64,000 nucleotides of DNA, taken from NCBI GenBank assembly GCA_964188305.1, contig OZ076898.1; one strand, given 5' to 3'. Of the stretch, positions 11,401 through 26,400 are shown piece by piece. The position numbers and the translations under genes were made by a program. The DNA comes from Podarcis bocagei. Taxonomy: Eukaryota. Numbering within the stretch: the first letter of the stretch is position 1; each line of letters opens with the position of its first letter. The notes under the pieces were generated by a model that was given only the letters and a program-made list of their open reading frames with translations, was not told the origin of the DNA and searched no databases.

Positions 11401-14400
11401 CATTCTCTAATTATAAATAACTGGTTCCCAGCCCAATATAATCTCTTCCAACTCTATGATTCTATGATTCTATAATTTCAGAGGGATCAAATCAAGCCCC
11501 TAAAATGGGCTATGAAAGAGGTTTAATAAATTATAAGACAAATGTGAAAAGGGAAACAGAATTTTCTTCTGTCTCATAATTTTGCACTTTGGTGTCTCCT
11601 AATGAAATGGATCTGAAGTAGGTTCAGGACAGATGCAAGAATGTAGCACTCAGAATTAGTTTATGGAACTTACAACTCACAATTAGTTTATGGAATTTAC
11701 CTCCAGCGGATGGTATTTTGGTCACTAGCTTAGATGGCATTAAAAAGAGATTAGATAGATTCATGAGAGATCTGGGAGACCAGGATTCATGAAGTTTGCT
11801 GGGTGACCTTGGGCCAGTCAGTCTAACCTACCTCACAGGATTCCTAAGATACCACAGGGGGGCCTGCCAAGAAGCAGCATCTAGCTGAGCACTACTGAAT
11901 ATAAGATGCTGGACTAGGCAGAGCTATCTTCCTCAACCCTGGCTCCTGGCTTTCCTTGCCCATTTTGTCTTCCTACCGGATGGTCTTTTGGATGGAAACC
12001 CCAGCTGCTCCCTGCCCACAATGTGATCTTGGTGACAGATAACCTGCTGTTGGGCAATCTGTTCTGTAACACACACTCACTCATTTGTCAGGAATTGGCT
12101 TGGCCCGTGTCAGAGGCACGGCTTAACTCTGTGAGGCAAGAGTGCCTAGGGTTCTAAAGCTTCTTAAGTATTTCTCAGTGAAATCAGTAATGGCAAACAA
12201 CCATCTTTAAACTACAACTTGCCCACCATTGCCAATGTTCCTCTGCAACAATAGGAAAAGGTAGAGAGGTAAGCTTGGTGCACCGTGCCCCTAACACTAA
12301 AGTCTAGTGATGAAGTTGCACTTCTACTGATTTCATGATGCTTTCAAGTCTCTAGCGGCTGAAAAAGATGCATTTATTATCATGTACAAATACTGGCTTC
12401 CTAACTAAACCACCTCTATTTGTGCTGTCCAAACCCACTTTCTCAAGTCCTCTGACATGTAAAAAGCTTCTAAAAGAAGATGGTATTTCTCTCATTAGGA
12501 CTGTTGTATGAAGGTGGTTCTTGCCATTTCTACTATCTCCAAACTTCAGTGTGAGTGAGCTTGGCTGGAGACCCTTCTTGCCAGAGGTCCTCACCCATAG
12601 CGATCTGTGTATGTCTGCAGCTAGTGAACTCAGCCCATAGAAGTGTGCTCACACTCACAAATCATTTAGGATTACTGCAAAGTTCAAAAGGCCTGAACAG
12701 TGCTCTGTGTTAAGTGAACACCCCAGAATCCTCTGTAAAACTATTTGTCAGCAGATAAATTTACATGCAGGAAAAGGCTTAATGACCATAAAGCACTGGT
12801 TTAACTGGGAGACATTACACCCACCCAAGTAAATCACTCTTGCATTCTCCTTACCATTCTCAAATTTAAAAGGCATGTTACTTAAGAACCTACATTCTCT
12901 ATGCAGGATCCAATGGAACTTTTGTTAAAATTAACCAGAATCAATCTATCCTTGTTTCTCAAGGGAAAACACAGCAAGGAAAGTCACCCACAGATTTGTT
13001 ATGCAAATCCTTCCATTTCACATCCTCTCACATAAACCCCCCCCTCTGAAACCAGGAGGTCAGGGTGTGTGGGGAACCTATAGCACTGACATGGCTGTGC
13101 TTATTTCACATATCTGCAACTGCTTGTATAAGGGCACAGTTTAGTACTAGGCACAAAATTCAGCGCCAGCTCTTTCTACAAAGTAAATTTCTAGCACTTG
13201 TAGCTGTAGCAAGCAGCTTCTAAATGCCAGGCACTGCTCAGGTGAGATCCTGAGAGACCCAAAGATCACAGAGTGGAGCTTCTGTGCTCTGTATAGCACC
13301 TCCCCACACGCAGAAGTGGCAGAAAAAATAATGCAAAATTAGCCAAAACAAACATAGCGTTCAGGATTCAAAGAAACATGAAACCAGTCTCAGCACTTGG
13401 CTAACTGCTTTTGAAACTGAAGGGAATATCAAAAGCAGCTCAAGATACTACAAAGGAGTCACCTATTCAAAAAAGTAGAAAATAAAGTAAAATAAAGACT
13501 TGACTTGCAGAATACCAATAAGCATAAGGACCTTCCACTTGATAATTCATTTGCATAATTTATTCATGTTTCGGAATACTGGTAATCTAAGTTTAAACAC
13601 ATTGCTCAGGCTATTAGCTTAAAGTAAAATATTCTCTTGCAGGAAAACAGCATCATAACCAGCTGGGGCTACAGGGCCTTTGCTTGATCATGCTGAGGTA
13701 AAACTTACACACCTCACTAACAAGATGCCAAATTCATTAACTGCAAAGATGCTGTACCTCCAGAAATAGCACCTAACTTTGGGGAGACATTTCTACAGCA
13801 ACGGAAGCAATCTGCTGCCACAGGAAAAGTGTGTGTGTGTGTGGGGGGGGGGAAATCAGGTTAATGAAGAGAGAAGAAGGCAATCACTTACCAAAGAAAA
13901 AAGATCATTCTGCAGCCCCAACCTGTCCACAGGGGGTAAGGAGAGGTCACGGATAGCTGGGAGCAAACTCTCCAGCATGTCAGTACTGTATTGTGTACGG
14001 TAAAACCCTACCGTTCCCAGGTTCAGCTGAAAATATAGAATGAGGAAATTCAGTCAGCAGCTTACAGAAGACAACCAAGAAACAAATCCACGGTCCCCAA
14101 ATTACCCTTGACTGTATTTGAGTCAAACAGGGAGAACAGAACCAGGCAACTGTTTTATATCACTGGTAGTACTTCGTGCAGCAAGATAAATGAGAATTAC
14201 CATCAACAGAAGGTGAGCTTTAACAGAGAAGAGTTTCAAAAAGAGAAGAGATTAAAGTTCTTGTACTATCAAACTGACAATCAGCAAGATGGCTACTTTT
14301 CTTTACTGGAAAGGACCGTGTTTAGTTTCATTAGATTTGCGCATCACTTCTCTCATCAGAGAGAGTCCTCAAGTTTTATAGCCAGAGTGAAGAACCTCCA

Positions 14401-17400
14401 ACTCAAAGGATAATCCTGGCTCACCAGGCTTCCCATTTCGGCTGTGAGGCCAAATTGGGCAAGCCATGTCCACCCACCTTAAACCTCCCGTCCTGTAGGT
14501 AAGAGCAGGGGCTTGGCCAAAGCCTGCTTGAGCCACTTCAAACTGCCCGCCAACCAGCTGGTTGTCAAGAGCCTTTCAAACACTGTGCAAAACAGGATTG
14601 CCCCAAAAAGGTGTGTGACCTTGCTTGGTCCAGGGAAAGGTTGTCCCAAGATACTGACATCCCAAACACTGCAAGGCTTTATAGGTCAAAACCAGCACTC
14701 TGAGTTAGGCTTGGAAAGAAATGGCAGAGGATGCTCTTCCCACAACACTCAGGGGATTCCTTTTACAAAGTGCTTGTAGTTGGAAGGCTCTCTTAGATCA
14801 AGATGCAATGCGACACCTTCATGCAGACCACATTTTTGTCTTGTTTAAAGTGATTTTATTATTACAAGCACTTAATAGTCACATTGATATCCGAGTCACC
14901 TTTTGCGGACCCTTTAGTATGTCTACTACCAGCAGGTAGCTGTTATTGCTGTGCAAAACATAGTGCTATTTTAATTTCTGTAGCGCTTTGCCCAGTAGAA
15001 AGCATATTGTGGTTCTTCTGACTGCAACACGCCTACAAGGCAGATCAGTGTGAGACAGTGGTTTTCAACCAGTGTGCTGTGGCACCCTGGGGTGCCTTGA
15101 AGGATGGTCAGGGTGCTGCGAGCAACACTGGCCTCTGTCCCTTTTCATTCCGTCCCTCCTCTGATGACCTCTCACGTCTCTGCCTCCCAAAGGCTTGCAC
15201 AGCTGTTTGGTGCACCAGCCCTGGCTACAAGATCCATAGGCGAATAGTGCCTCTGGAGTGGGCCAAGGGGTGCTTCCCAGCCCTGGTCCCTGTGGGGCAG
15301 TATGAGGAGGAACCTTTCTTTGGGGTGGGGGGGCAGCTCAGAGACTAGGGACAGCAGCAGTGGCTGCCTGGAGGACTCCCAAGAAAGGGCTGATGGAACA
15401 CTCCACAAGAGAAGGTGTTTGAAAAAGGGTGAGAGGCTGCAAGCTCTGCAAGCAAGGGGCGACATAACTGGGCTCCTGAGCCCCACAGAGGTGCCGCAGA
15501 AAGGATGTAGTTGGTCAAGGGAGCCGTGGACTCAAAAAGTTTGAAAACCTCTGGTGTGAGAGATCATTATTTCAGCATTGCTACAAGGTAAGAGGGGATT
15601 AGAAAGTCTATGTCTTGTGCCTACGCTGAATAGTATGTACACATAATCATACTTGGTGCTGTTGGAGGATGCTGAAACATGCTTAGTTTGCTGCCCTCCA
15701 GGATGTGGGAGAATCACCTGGAAACAAAGGGACTGGAATGGCAAGCTTCAAAGCCAGAAATAATCAGCCTCGATAGCAAGTGACATTCATTCAGCAATTC
15801 CATTACCACTGTCCTTGTCCTATCTGCATATGTATATTAACTGTGCCAACATTCACCGAGTCTCAACAATCCTTTCCCAGCCTCTGACATCTTAGAGAAG
15901 GAACACCTTAACAATCCAAAATTATAAACCAAAGCAACTTGGACATTCATGGATATATCCTAAGTTCGCATTATCTAACTTAAGTGAAGGTTATGGACTC
16001 CTACTTCTGGAACTCCATCCAAGTAACGTGCCTGGCACCAAAAAGGTTTTGCAGACATACTTGTTTCAACTTTTTTTGGTAATCCTCTTTGTAAAAGAAA
16101 AAAAATTGACTGCAAAAAACTCCCTCTCAATCAACATAATACATTTTATGAAGTAAGTAAAACTGGATTTTAAAATTATTTTGGTATGATCCCTGCTAGT
16201 TTTTTGGAATATTGGTTTCACAGCTAATTATTAGGTTTTTTTAATGATTTTGCTTGTGTTGGGCTAAATGATGTTTTAACTGTTACTGCTAGCTGGCATT
16301 TTTGATATTCTAATATAGTAACTTTGCACTTTATATTTTAATGGAATTGCGATATGTGTTAAATTTTTCTAAGTGACCTAGATAGAATGGCCTTAAAATC
16401 ATTCAAATAAATAAATAAGCAAGCACCTTTTCTCTTCTGAAATCCACAATTAAAAATTAGTTCATATAGTATCTCTGATTTATGACTCCTTTTTCAGACA
16501 ACAGCAGCTACTATAACTTTATCAGCCAGAAAGACTCAGGACATTTCCATAGTCCTGGTGTTTGGGTTGTGAGGCAGCAAGGTAACAAGACCATAACATG
16601 CTGCAAGAAAACGCATCTTAGACCACTATGCTGGCCAGTCAAAGTGCTGACCACGTTTGGACAATCTGCCGGGTTAATTCAGAAGACTATCTCCCCTTTC
16701 TGCTCACCTTCACCCACTGCTCTGGCTTCACGTCTTTCAAAACCAACGTCAACTCGGGCTTGTCCATCAACACTTGCATTTTGGCATGGGTTGGGTCTTC
16801 ACTTGTACAGATGCTGATGGGTATCATCCACAGAGGGTTACCATCCCCTATATGAAAAAAGAGAAGAATGCCTGACAGAACAAGGCATGGTATGGCAAAC
16901 TGCCCAGCCCCACGGAAACACCCCTTTTATAGCATTAAACTCACAGCTGCTCCAAGTCAGCACAGTTGTATAGTATCAATGCAATGATTCTGCAAAGGGA
17001 AAATATCTAAGTTCCTTTAAAAAAATAATAATAATCTGAAGAGCACTTTGGAGATCTACGACTTAGATTTCAGAACAGTAGTTCTCAAGTTCAGCACTCC
17101 AGTTCAAATGAAATGATCGATTGACTTCCTGCAGACTGTAACCGAGGGAGAGATATGAATGAGGACCATTCCATGGGCTCTGCTGACATGCCAGCTCCCT
17201 TCCTCAACTGTCACTTGGTAGCAGCCACTTCATCAGGCTGCAGCAGAGAGAGATGTTAACTCCATTTGGCTCCTCCACTCCCTGAACTGTTCCCATTCCG
17301 GTGGGTCATTACAAGTACTATTATGAAACTAGGAACTGGTGTCAAAGTTTACTCATTTCCCTCTTCCTTCCTCATCCTTTTCCTTTATAGTGTTATGTCT

Positions 17401-20400
17401 TTTGAATTATAAGCCTGTTGGCAAGGACTGTCTTTTTCCAGTCACTTTGAAGGTGGAGGTGTCATTAAAAGCTAGGCACGAACTATTTATATGAAGATTT
17501 ACTCCTTTAAACACACACATTTAGCCATATTGGGCTTTGGTTAGGCAGTGCTAAAAGTCAGAGCCGTGTGGTACCAGTTCAAGGGAGGCCTGCACCCTTT
17601 TAAGCAAGCCAACTTGGAAAGCAAGGGTGCGCTGGTGCCAATGCATCAATGCTACAACTGAATGGTTATCCTTTCACACATCCCAGATGGTTCTAATGTT
17701 TAGCTATTAAAAGTAACTACGCAGAAGGGAGACAAATGTGAGGAGGAAACACAGGATGGTTATATGTTTGTGTGAGAATGTGTGAAAATTTCTCAGGGCT
17801 GCTCTTGCCTCTGTCAACCTGAGCAAACAGCTGCTTAAGCAGAACCACGGAAAGTTCAGTGCTATCCCACTGAGTTCATTTAGCAAGCTACTCCTGGGAT
17901 TGGGAAAAGTGTGAAACATTCCAATTCTTCATTACTTTCCTTTGAAAAATATTCATAAAGCTATCCAACCACCATGGTTTTCAAGCAATGAAAACTGCAC
18001 AAAGAGCTTAGAAAATATATGCTCCTGCATAAACTCTACAAAACTATTCAATTCTGCTCATGAATGCTTAGATGAACTCTTACGTTCAGTCTGGCAATGA
18101 ATATGAAAGAAATATTGTATTTTCAAGAGCAGCAAATAGAATGGTCATAGGAAGGAAGTACATCGCTAGGAACAAATATGAGAGCTTAATCTGCTCAGCT
18201 TAGAAAAAGAAAGGTTGAACAGGGACATAATTACACTCCACAATAAAAAGGTAAGTAGAAATGGAAGCAGTTATAGATAGCTGCAGATATAAGGCTACAA
18301 AAGCTGCATGTTAGCAAATCTAATATTGAAAGTCAATGAATGTTTTGAACTAGTGAGAGGTATGAAGTTCTGGAACAGTGAAGATAGCTTAGCTTAAGAG
18401 TATATAGTTGTGCCTCCTTCACTGGATTTTCTGTAAAATAAGGTGGGTTCTCTTACTTCTCTTCTAGAAGGGGACTACCACAATTAGCAACAGAATATCC
18501 TCTAAGTTCCTTCAGGAAGACAGGTTGAATGAGTCTCTTTCAAACCCAGCATCTGACAGTTACATTTGCCACCAGGGAAGTAATCCCTCCATCCTCACGT
18601 AGGAGGAGCCAGTGGCTTGTTTGCCTTTTCGTTATGTGCTTTCTCCTGGAACACATGGTTTTACTTGCTTGCATCAGTAATCCAGTGCTATTTGAAGCAG
18701 GGGTGGCTAACCCATGGCCCTCCAGATACTGGACTCCAGTTCCAATCAGTCCCAGCAACATGGCCAATGGTCAGGGATAATGAGAGTTTTAGTCCAGCAA
18801 AATATGGAAGTCCACTGGTTAGGCTCCTTCCTGAAGTGGAGCTGCAATCTTGACTACGTGCACTGATGACTCTGCCGTCTGGCACAGATAATGCTAAAAG
18901 GCTTTTTTTGTCCTTTCTAACTCGGTGATAAATAAGCACTAAGATACCTACCAACTACATGCCTAACAAGGGCTAAATATGTGATTTGCCAAATATGTGT
19001 GGCAACGGAGCAGCTGAGTGCAGTATCTGCAATATTGAATCCATTCTACACTAGAGTTCCGTATGCAGGGGGGGGGGGACACCATGTAAATCCATTTCTA
19101 CTGCCTTCCAGAAATGTTCTGGGTACACATAGGCACTGAGTACACATTGTAAAGAAAATTTAAAGGCAGATTACAATCTTCCTAGTTAAAACATGCAGAC
19201 TGTAAGAAGGAAAATAATGAAAAACTAGAACTTCAGGCTTAGTAGTTCATTTTTTTATATATAAAAAAGATCAAGTTATTTCAAACATCTAAATCCTAAA
19301 AAGGACACCTGCCTGCAGAAACTGACAGTGCAAGTGCTGTTTCCCAGAATGGTTGGTGTCACGTACAATATGGTGCGCTGCTTGGCTCCTGCTATTAGCC
19401 ATCGCCTTACCACTATATGGTCCGCTGGCACAGAATTTCTTCTGGACTAGCTTCAACACTTTTTCATCTTCTCGCTGGAGTAGAGAACAAGAGGCAAGAA
19501 TAGTATTCAAAGGTTTCCAATAAGATCATATGCCCAGAAGCCATCCAGCTATGAGGGCCTCATTCCTTGAATTCACAGGCCACATTAGGCTGGTCAAATG
19601 TCCAACATGCTGAACTGCTACTTCTTTCCCAATTCTCACCCCCCTCTGTTGTTGCCCTCGCATTCCCACATACCTTTTTTCTGTTGGTCCCAATGATCTC
19701 TGGTGCCCCAGTCACAGCTGCCATGTTTTCTTATGACACTGTATTGTATCACATATAATATAGCATAACCAGGACTGGGTTATCAGTGGCTACAGGTTAA
19801 GTAGGACAAATGAGATTCTAGCAAGACAGATTAGGTAGTCTGCTTGCCTGGCAAAATGTGGCCCTGGCTCAAGCTGATCCATGGTTCAGTTTAACAAACT
19901 TAAATTCTACATCAGGCCTCAGGCCTTGAATGTAAGAGGACATAATCAAATGCGTTTGGATGAGGGTCTCCAGTTAAATAACTATTCAAAGCCTCTCATG
20001 CAATGCTGCTAATAAGACTTCGGGGATATAGAGGACCAAAATGTAGACTTTTATGGCTGAATAACTTTCACCACAAAAACTGAAGTTTCTATGCTTAACC
20101 AAAACCATCCCAATGATTATTTGAGGAGTGAGTGTTGTGGCTTATAAATGAAGGCAACCACCTGAAAGATGGATATGGAAGAAAACACATCTGAGCACCC
20201 TGTTGAGTAACCAAAACCACTTCTCATCTGGGATTAGGGGACGGTGCTCCCAAACCAATAACTTAAGTGCCTTATAGCACCCTTCTTTTCAAATGAAGTA
20301 AATCTGCCACAATTGATAATTTGTACTATATGTTGTACTATATATGACTCTATGACTTTATGTTAAATTACTATTATTTTAGAGGAAAGTCATACCAAAA

Positions 20401-23400
20401 CTTGGAATAGTGCTTAGGTCTCAGTCCTTAAGAGCATGAGTCATGACACAGGAAGTTCCTGCTGCAAATCTCAGCCCAACAATGAAATCACTGGAGAGCC
20501 TTATGAGGCACTTTTTCTGCCCCCAAAATAGCATTTGCAACATGGGACTTAAACTGGCTCCCTTTAGAGAGTTACGTCTAATGAATACATAAGTACTTGT
20601 ACTTTGGAAAATGTTGTATAATGTCACATTAAAAATGAATATGGCTATTCTTCTAGTGTTTAGAAAATTGAGGCTTACTATACCATTTACATTTCCCATC
20701 TTTTGCCACACCCGACTCATGTTTTCTCAACCCTCTCCCATAAATCCTGTCCTCTACTCTACTGCTTCATCCATTTTGTTTTTAGTTGCAGCTCCAGGTA
20801 ACAATTTAGGATAGTTTCCTTCCTGCATTTACAAGCTTGTTATTTTTGGTGGGGAAAACCCAAACACAGGCAAAAAATTCCTTATCTAAGATTTTGAAAG
20901 TTATCACAGCAATGCACTGTTAAAAACAGCCTGCTGCACAAAGCACTGGAGGAGCAAGGGCATTCTAGGAAAGCAACTCATTCATCTCACACCTTTAGCA
21001 TCTGCTATTCTTCCTCAGAGGAATCAGATGCAGGGGTGGGGTGGGGCACAGGAGAAACAGAATTAGGGGCATGCTTCCAAATGGACTTCAGAATTTGGAG
21101 AATTGTCCACAAACAGAGAAACAGAATTTGTGTACAGCTTCCAAATGGACTTCAATGGCAAGTCCAAATTAAGCAACAAACCATTTCAAAGCTGTACTGC
21201 CTGGGCTCCCTTATTATAACTGCTTTCTAGAGAGCAGCAAAAATATTTCTCATCTGGCTCTCTCTCAACCTCATTCTAGATTCTGTATTATTTAAATTGT
21301 TTTCATGTTTTATTTATAGACATCCTAGGACTGACAAGCAGGATAGAAATGTTTCAATGACGAAAATAATCTGTAGGAGCATCACTGGTTGTTTAATAAG
21401 TTGGTGAGGCTCATTTGATATCAGGACAAAACTGACCTTTGGTAACATTGGCCCAGCCCTGTGGAATGTTCTCAATCAGCAGATGTATTCTTTATTTGCT
21501 GAAAAGTTCGCTGAAAACTTTTCTTTGCCACCAGGCTTATGTGGACAATTAAAAAAAATATTTTCTTTAATAATTAGCTGGTGATCTATTTTAATCTTTC
21601 TAAAAATGTGTATTTTATTGATTTTAAGTTACAAATAAATTAGATCTAAGAAAGAAGAAAATGGCTTAATTTTTATGTGTTTTTATTGCAAATTGTTGCA
21701 AATCGCTTTGCTATTTTTAAATGAAATTACGGCGTGCAAGCATTTTAATAAATAAAAAATAAAGAACATCTCAGAAGGAATTTGCCAACTTTGTTATCAG
21801 CAAGGGATTCTAGAGCTGAGGTTTTTGGTAATCCATGAATCCATGTAAACAGATGCACCAAACTGTATCAGTAGTTTTGATGTAGCAGTCCGTGTTAGGA
21901 ATTTAAGACTTTCTGGCTATGAAGGCAACTACTGAAAGTTCATGTGAGCAATGCTTAAGCAAGAGAAGGAGTAGCTGAATCCAGGTGTGAGGCTTCAGTA
22001 CCCTGCATCTTCATTCCTCATTTGTTCCAGAAATAGAACACAAAAATATACAGTATTAGCTTGATTTGCACAATTTACCCATCATTGGATTTTTAAGTGC
22101 AGAGTATATAACCATCAGTATTACCACCAATGTCTACACTAACTAATCAATTCAGTTGCTCCCACAAGTGATGCTAGGAAAATGTGCTTGCAAATCTGCT
22201 TTATTTGCATAATCTATCCAGTTTAGTCAACCATTCCAATTAGGAATACATTTTCTGCCTTTGCCCTCTCTAAAATATCACAAATTTTATGAAGTCTTCA
22301 ATATCACAGTAAGAACATGTAAATTCAATGTTTTTGAAATTTTGACTCATTTATTCAACTTAGATGCTGGTGACGTGTGAATGCATGCATGTGTTGTGTT
22401 TGACAGAAAATGCGTAATTCAGGCATCAAGCTCAACCATGGTTCAGGAAGCGTAAGTGCGGTATGACATGATGTCTCCAATAACACACCACGGTTTGTGA
22501 TCAAGTTAGAAAACTACAGTTTCTAGTGTGTACACAAAATACTATTCAAGCTAACTAAGGTTTGGTATAATATTTGAACTGACAGCCAGAAGTTACAGCT
22601 GCTGTTCCAGAGGGCCCTTTCCAATAGAGAGATGGGAGTGACGAGCAGATGGAAAACAAATGCAGAGATACTAGGTCTAAACTGGGATTTGTGTCTATGT
22701 TTGAAAGCGCAACCATTTTGCATGTTGTCTCAACTGAGCCACTATAAAAGTAAGAAAGTAATATACCTACCTGTTCTGCCTCCACATAAACAAGTGGAAA
22801 CCCCATTTGCTTGGTCCATGTATTCATCACAGCAGCAATAGGTTTACCACTCGATTGTTCCAGGCTTTCCCAAAGATCCTCTGTGGAAGGAAAAAAAACT
22901 CACATGAAAATGCTCCCCCAACTAGTAAGCAGCTGCAGTTTCATTAATACCAACACACAATTCTCTACAATTCTACTGCTGTTAATAATTTTAAAATTTT
23001 TTTAATGCAAAGAGTAATTTCCAAACAATTTGTTCACAGCTCCAACAAGTTATTTTGATAAGGCAAGCAGCCGTTACTCCCATGAAACCAATGGGGGGAA
23101 AGGGAGTGAAACCCTACAGGGGGATTTGCTTCCCTTATCCAACTCTTCCTAACCACCAATCTACATACAGCTACAGCATCAGGACCCTCTCAACTCAATG
23201 CTGTTTCCACTTTCAAACCTCCTACTTGGAGCCAGTGAGAATACCCCAGAAATAAAAGTTATCATTACAGCAATGGAAATGTCTTTGGTATCACAGTTTT
23301 AAGCTATGACAGCACCCCAAATTACTAGGCCCATGTTTTCTAGGGATGTGCACTTAGAAAAAATGTTTTGCTTTCCACTCATTATTGTCTCAATACTTTG

Positions 23401-26400
23401 ACTTCACCCCCACAGGCTCGCTCCTCCATTGTCTTCTGAGACAGACGGATGCTAACAATGATTGTCTTATTTCATTTGTTTCATTCATTTCTCCTTTGTT
23501 ATGGTTCTACACTGACTGCAGTGCTGATCCAGCCTGTTTTCTGGTGCCTCCATTTCTTAAATGAAACCCAAATATCATGAAAACTGCAGGTGCTTTACAC
23601 AGATTGCAAAAAGGGTTCCCAAAAGCTACTATGGGGTGCTATTCTCTAAGCTTCCCAATGTGTTATGTTTCAGACTGGACAGTTTTCATGTCTTGCCACT
23701 TTTAGAAGACTCCAGGATTACCTCACTCCTGGCTTCCTACAGAATATTCCCTTGATATATCCTTTGCTAAGCAATGTAATGCCATGTGCATGCTGATCTC
23801 AGGGTCTTCTCCACATGGTTTCTGGCTGCTCCAGAGCCAGGAAAAATAGGCTGGCTCAAATCCAGTGGCTCTCTCTTGTAGTCCTGATGAAGCCAGCACT
23901 TTGCATGTGGTGAAAACAAAGGCTCTGGATTGGACCTATAAAAAGGTGCACAGTCTGTGCAGCGTGCTGAGCAACTATTAGGAGAATTGCCTGCAGGCTG
24001 GAGATTCACCGGTTTCCGAATTCTCCCAGTTAGAAGCTGCCCAAGGGGAATGGATTGCACTGCCCTGTTTCCCTTCCTTTAAAGGCGGGTGGGTGAGAGG
24101 GAGGTGAAATCCAAGAAGGGGTTGAAAAGAGGGAAGTAATCAACGTACCCTGAAACAGTCCAAGGAAGTAGTAGAATGGGGGGAGGGGACCAGTTAAATT
24201 GCAGGAAAAAACCAAGAAAATTCCATCCGAGCAAGGAAAAGGAAGTAGGTAAAAAAACCCAACAACCCACATGTCTTCCATTCACTGAATTTGTTCAGTG
24301 CTGAAGGCAGGGATGGTCTGGAAACTATGGGATGCCTCCTCCCCGCAAGATAGCATTGACACATGACCCTGCCTGATCAATCGGAGGAAGAGCATCCCAG
24401 AATAAAGACTGTCCTCCAGGAGCCTCTGGGGAATTAAAGGATTTTGCTTCTCCCATTCAGTTTTGTACTTTTCATTCATTTCTCTCAAGAGCTTAATTAG
24501 GAACTAATGGTTTTGTTTTAAATTTCTTTTAGAAATGAATACACACCTGTACTACGATGGATCTGGCTATTGCTTTGGTTTTTTTTTTTATTTAAAATGT
24601 ATCTATATCACTACGCACTGAAGTCACATAAAGAGGTTCACAACAATTAAAACAATATAAAATCTAAATTAAAAAGCAAATGTAACACTGAAAATAAAAC
24701 AGCAAAGCAGCAGTTAATTCCCATAGGCCAACTGAAACTGGAATACATTTGCATACTTCTGCATCTGCAGACAGCAGAGTTATGACCAGTTAAGCCTGCA
24801 CTGATCAATGCATTATGTTAACATGGGTCTTAAAAACTGCCAGGAGTCCCACAAAATCCAGAACATCTCGTATGGGTTCTGAAGTGCATCAGAAATCTCT
24901 TCGCAGTCCTGTCTTTCTGACTGCCAGTGACATTCTGGAATTATTTGGCTGTTCAGTGTTCATTGATGCTGGTCTGTCAGCAAGAAAATAGGCTGCTGCC
25001 AGGCTGCTTCACAGCTTGTGCCAGGAATTCTTTGATTATGCTTCTTCCTGATCTCACTTGGGCTTCTCATTTGTTTCTCTTTGTCCCTTCTGTGAGCTTA
25101 CATTCTGAGGCGGTTTGTGTGCCCAGACTTCATTTCTGTTTCCCTGCCTGCTCCCATCGTTCCACGCTGGCTTCTCTAATCCCAATTCTGTCCAAGCAGC
25201 TAGGCTGCTTGTGTTCTAGCAAGTTCCTGAGAAATTGGAAACTGTCTGCAATGTACGGGTATGACTTGTCAATGCACAAAAGGAACAACTCAGATCTGTT
25301 AGGGAAAGCGCAAGTTCAAGCTGACAACATTTAAACGTTTAGTTAAGTACTTAAATTCCACTTATTTCAAGAGAATGTAGCTATGTGCCTCAGTTCTCTG
25401 TGCTGTAGCCAATATATTTCCCAAGGAAGTGGGAAATTACTGAAATGTTGCAAAAAAAGAAAGGGGAAAAAGCTAACATCTGAACTGGCTTTGAGTTGCC
25501 ATACACCTGCCAGTTACATTCTGATGGAAAATAACTGCTGACAGAACTTCCTCCTCTCCCCCCACAAATCCTTTTGCTTGAAGAGAAGCTGGAATGCAAA
25601 GAGCCACACAACTTGTTTGCAACACCCAATTGAGTTTTGGGTTTGCCTTGTTAGAAGGAGAAGACTCCCTCCCCCAGGGGAATCTACTTTTGAAATGGGA
25701 GGGGACTTTGAAACGACAATTTGTGATATGGCTTGAGGTTCTGCTGTTCAGCCAAAGCTCCCTTTAAATAATGTCAAGTCCCTGAGCAAGTCAAAAGCAG
25801 CTCTTCAGATTGATGGCCAGAAATACTACTGAATACTTGGAACAGCAACCCCAAAAAGCATCAACAGGGTGCAATCCCTCCCTTGGCAGAGAGGTATAGT
25901 TTCAGCTCTCTGTTCCGTACAGCACCAACTATATGACTGTATTACATATATTAAGAGCAGTAAAAGCAAAATGAGCTTCTTCCCATTCCATCGTCTTATT
26001 ATTGATTTTCAGACATTTAATTCATGTATGATCATGGGGGGCGGGGAGTTAGCAGAGGAATTAATAGAAGATCAGCTTGCATCTGGGTCAGGAAATAAAC
26101 AAGCCACGTTTCCAATTCAGAATCTGACCTGGGTTTTCCCCAAAGTAAATTTAGCCTAGTACTACTGCAAATTTCCAGATGGTCAGAGTAAAGTATTGTG
26201 AGAAGGATCACACACTCATACAGATATAGTTTGATAGGAAACACTTTGCTGGTGAACTTCCCTGCATTTCAGGCAGAAAAAAATTATCACTGGGGGATGC
26301 AACTTCTCTGTGTAATGTAATGTTCTGGGGACAACGAAAGAGAGAGTACAAACACAACAGCCAATTACCTGTAGCTGCATTCTTATGTTGAAACTTGGTA

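Noticed and set aside
15058-15544. Three overlapping 80-104 aa ORFs
   Set aside because: Interior of a non-autonomous hAT element with no transposase motifs
22407-22451. 45-nt plus-strand exon-like segment (tttgacAG...AGC|GTAAGT)
   Set aside because: Antisense to NPEPPS with no partner exons; overlaps an aaccatggtt-type motif that recurs in old repeats (~38050-38480, ~61520-61900)
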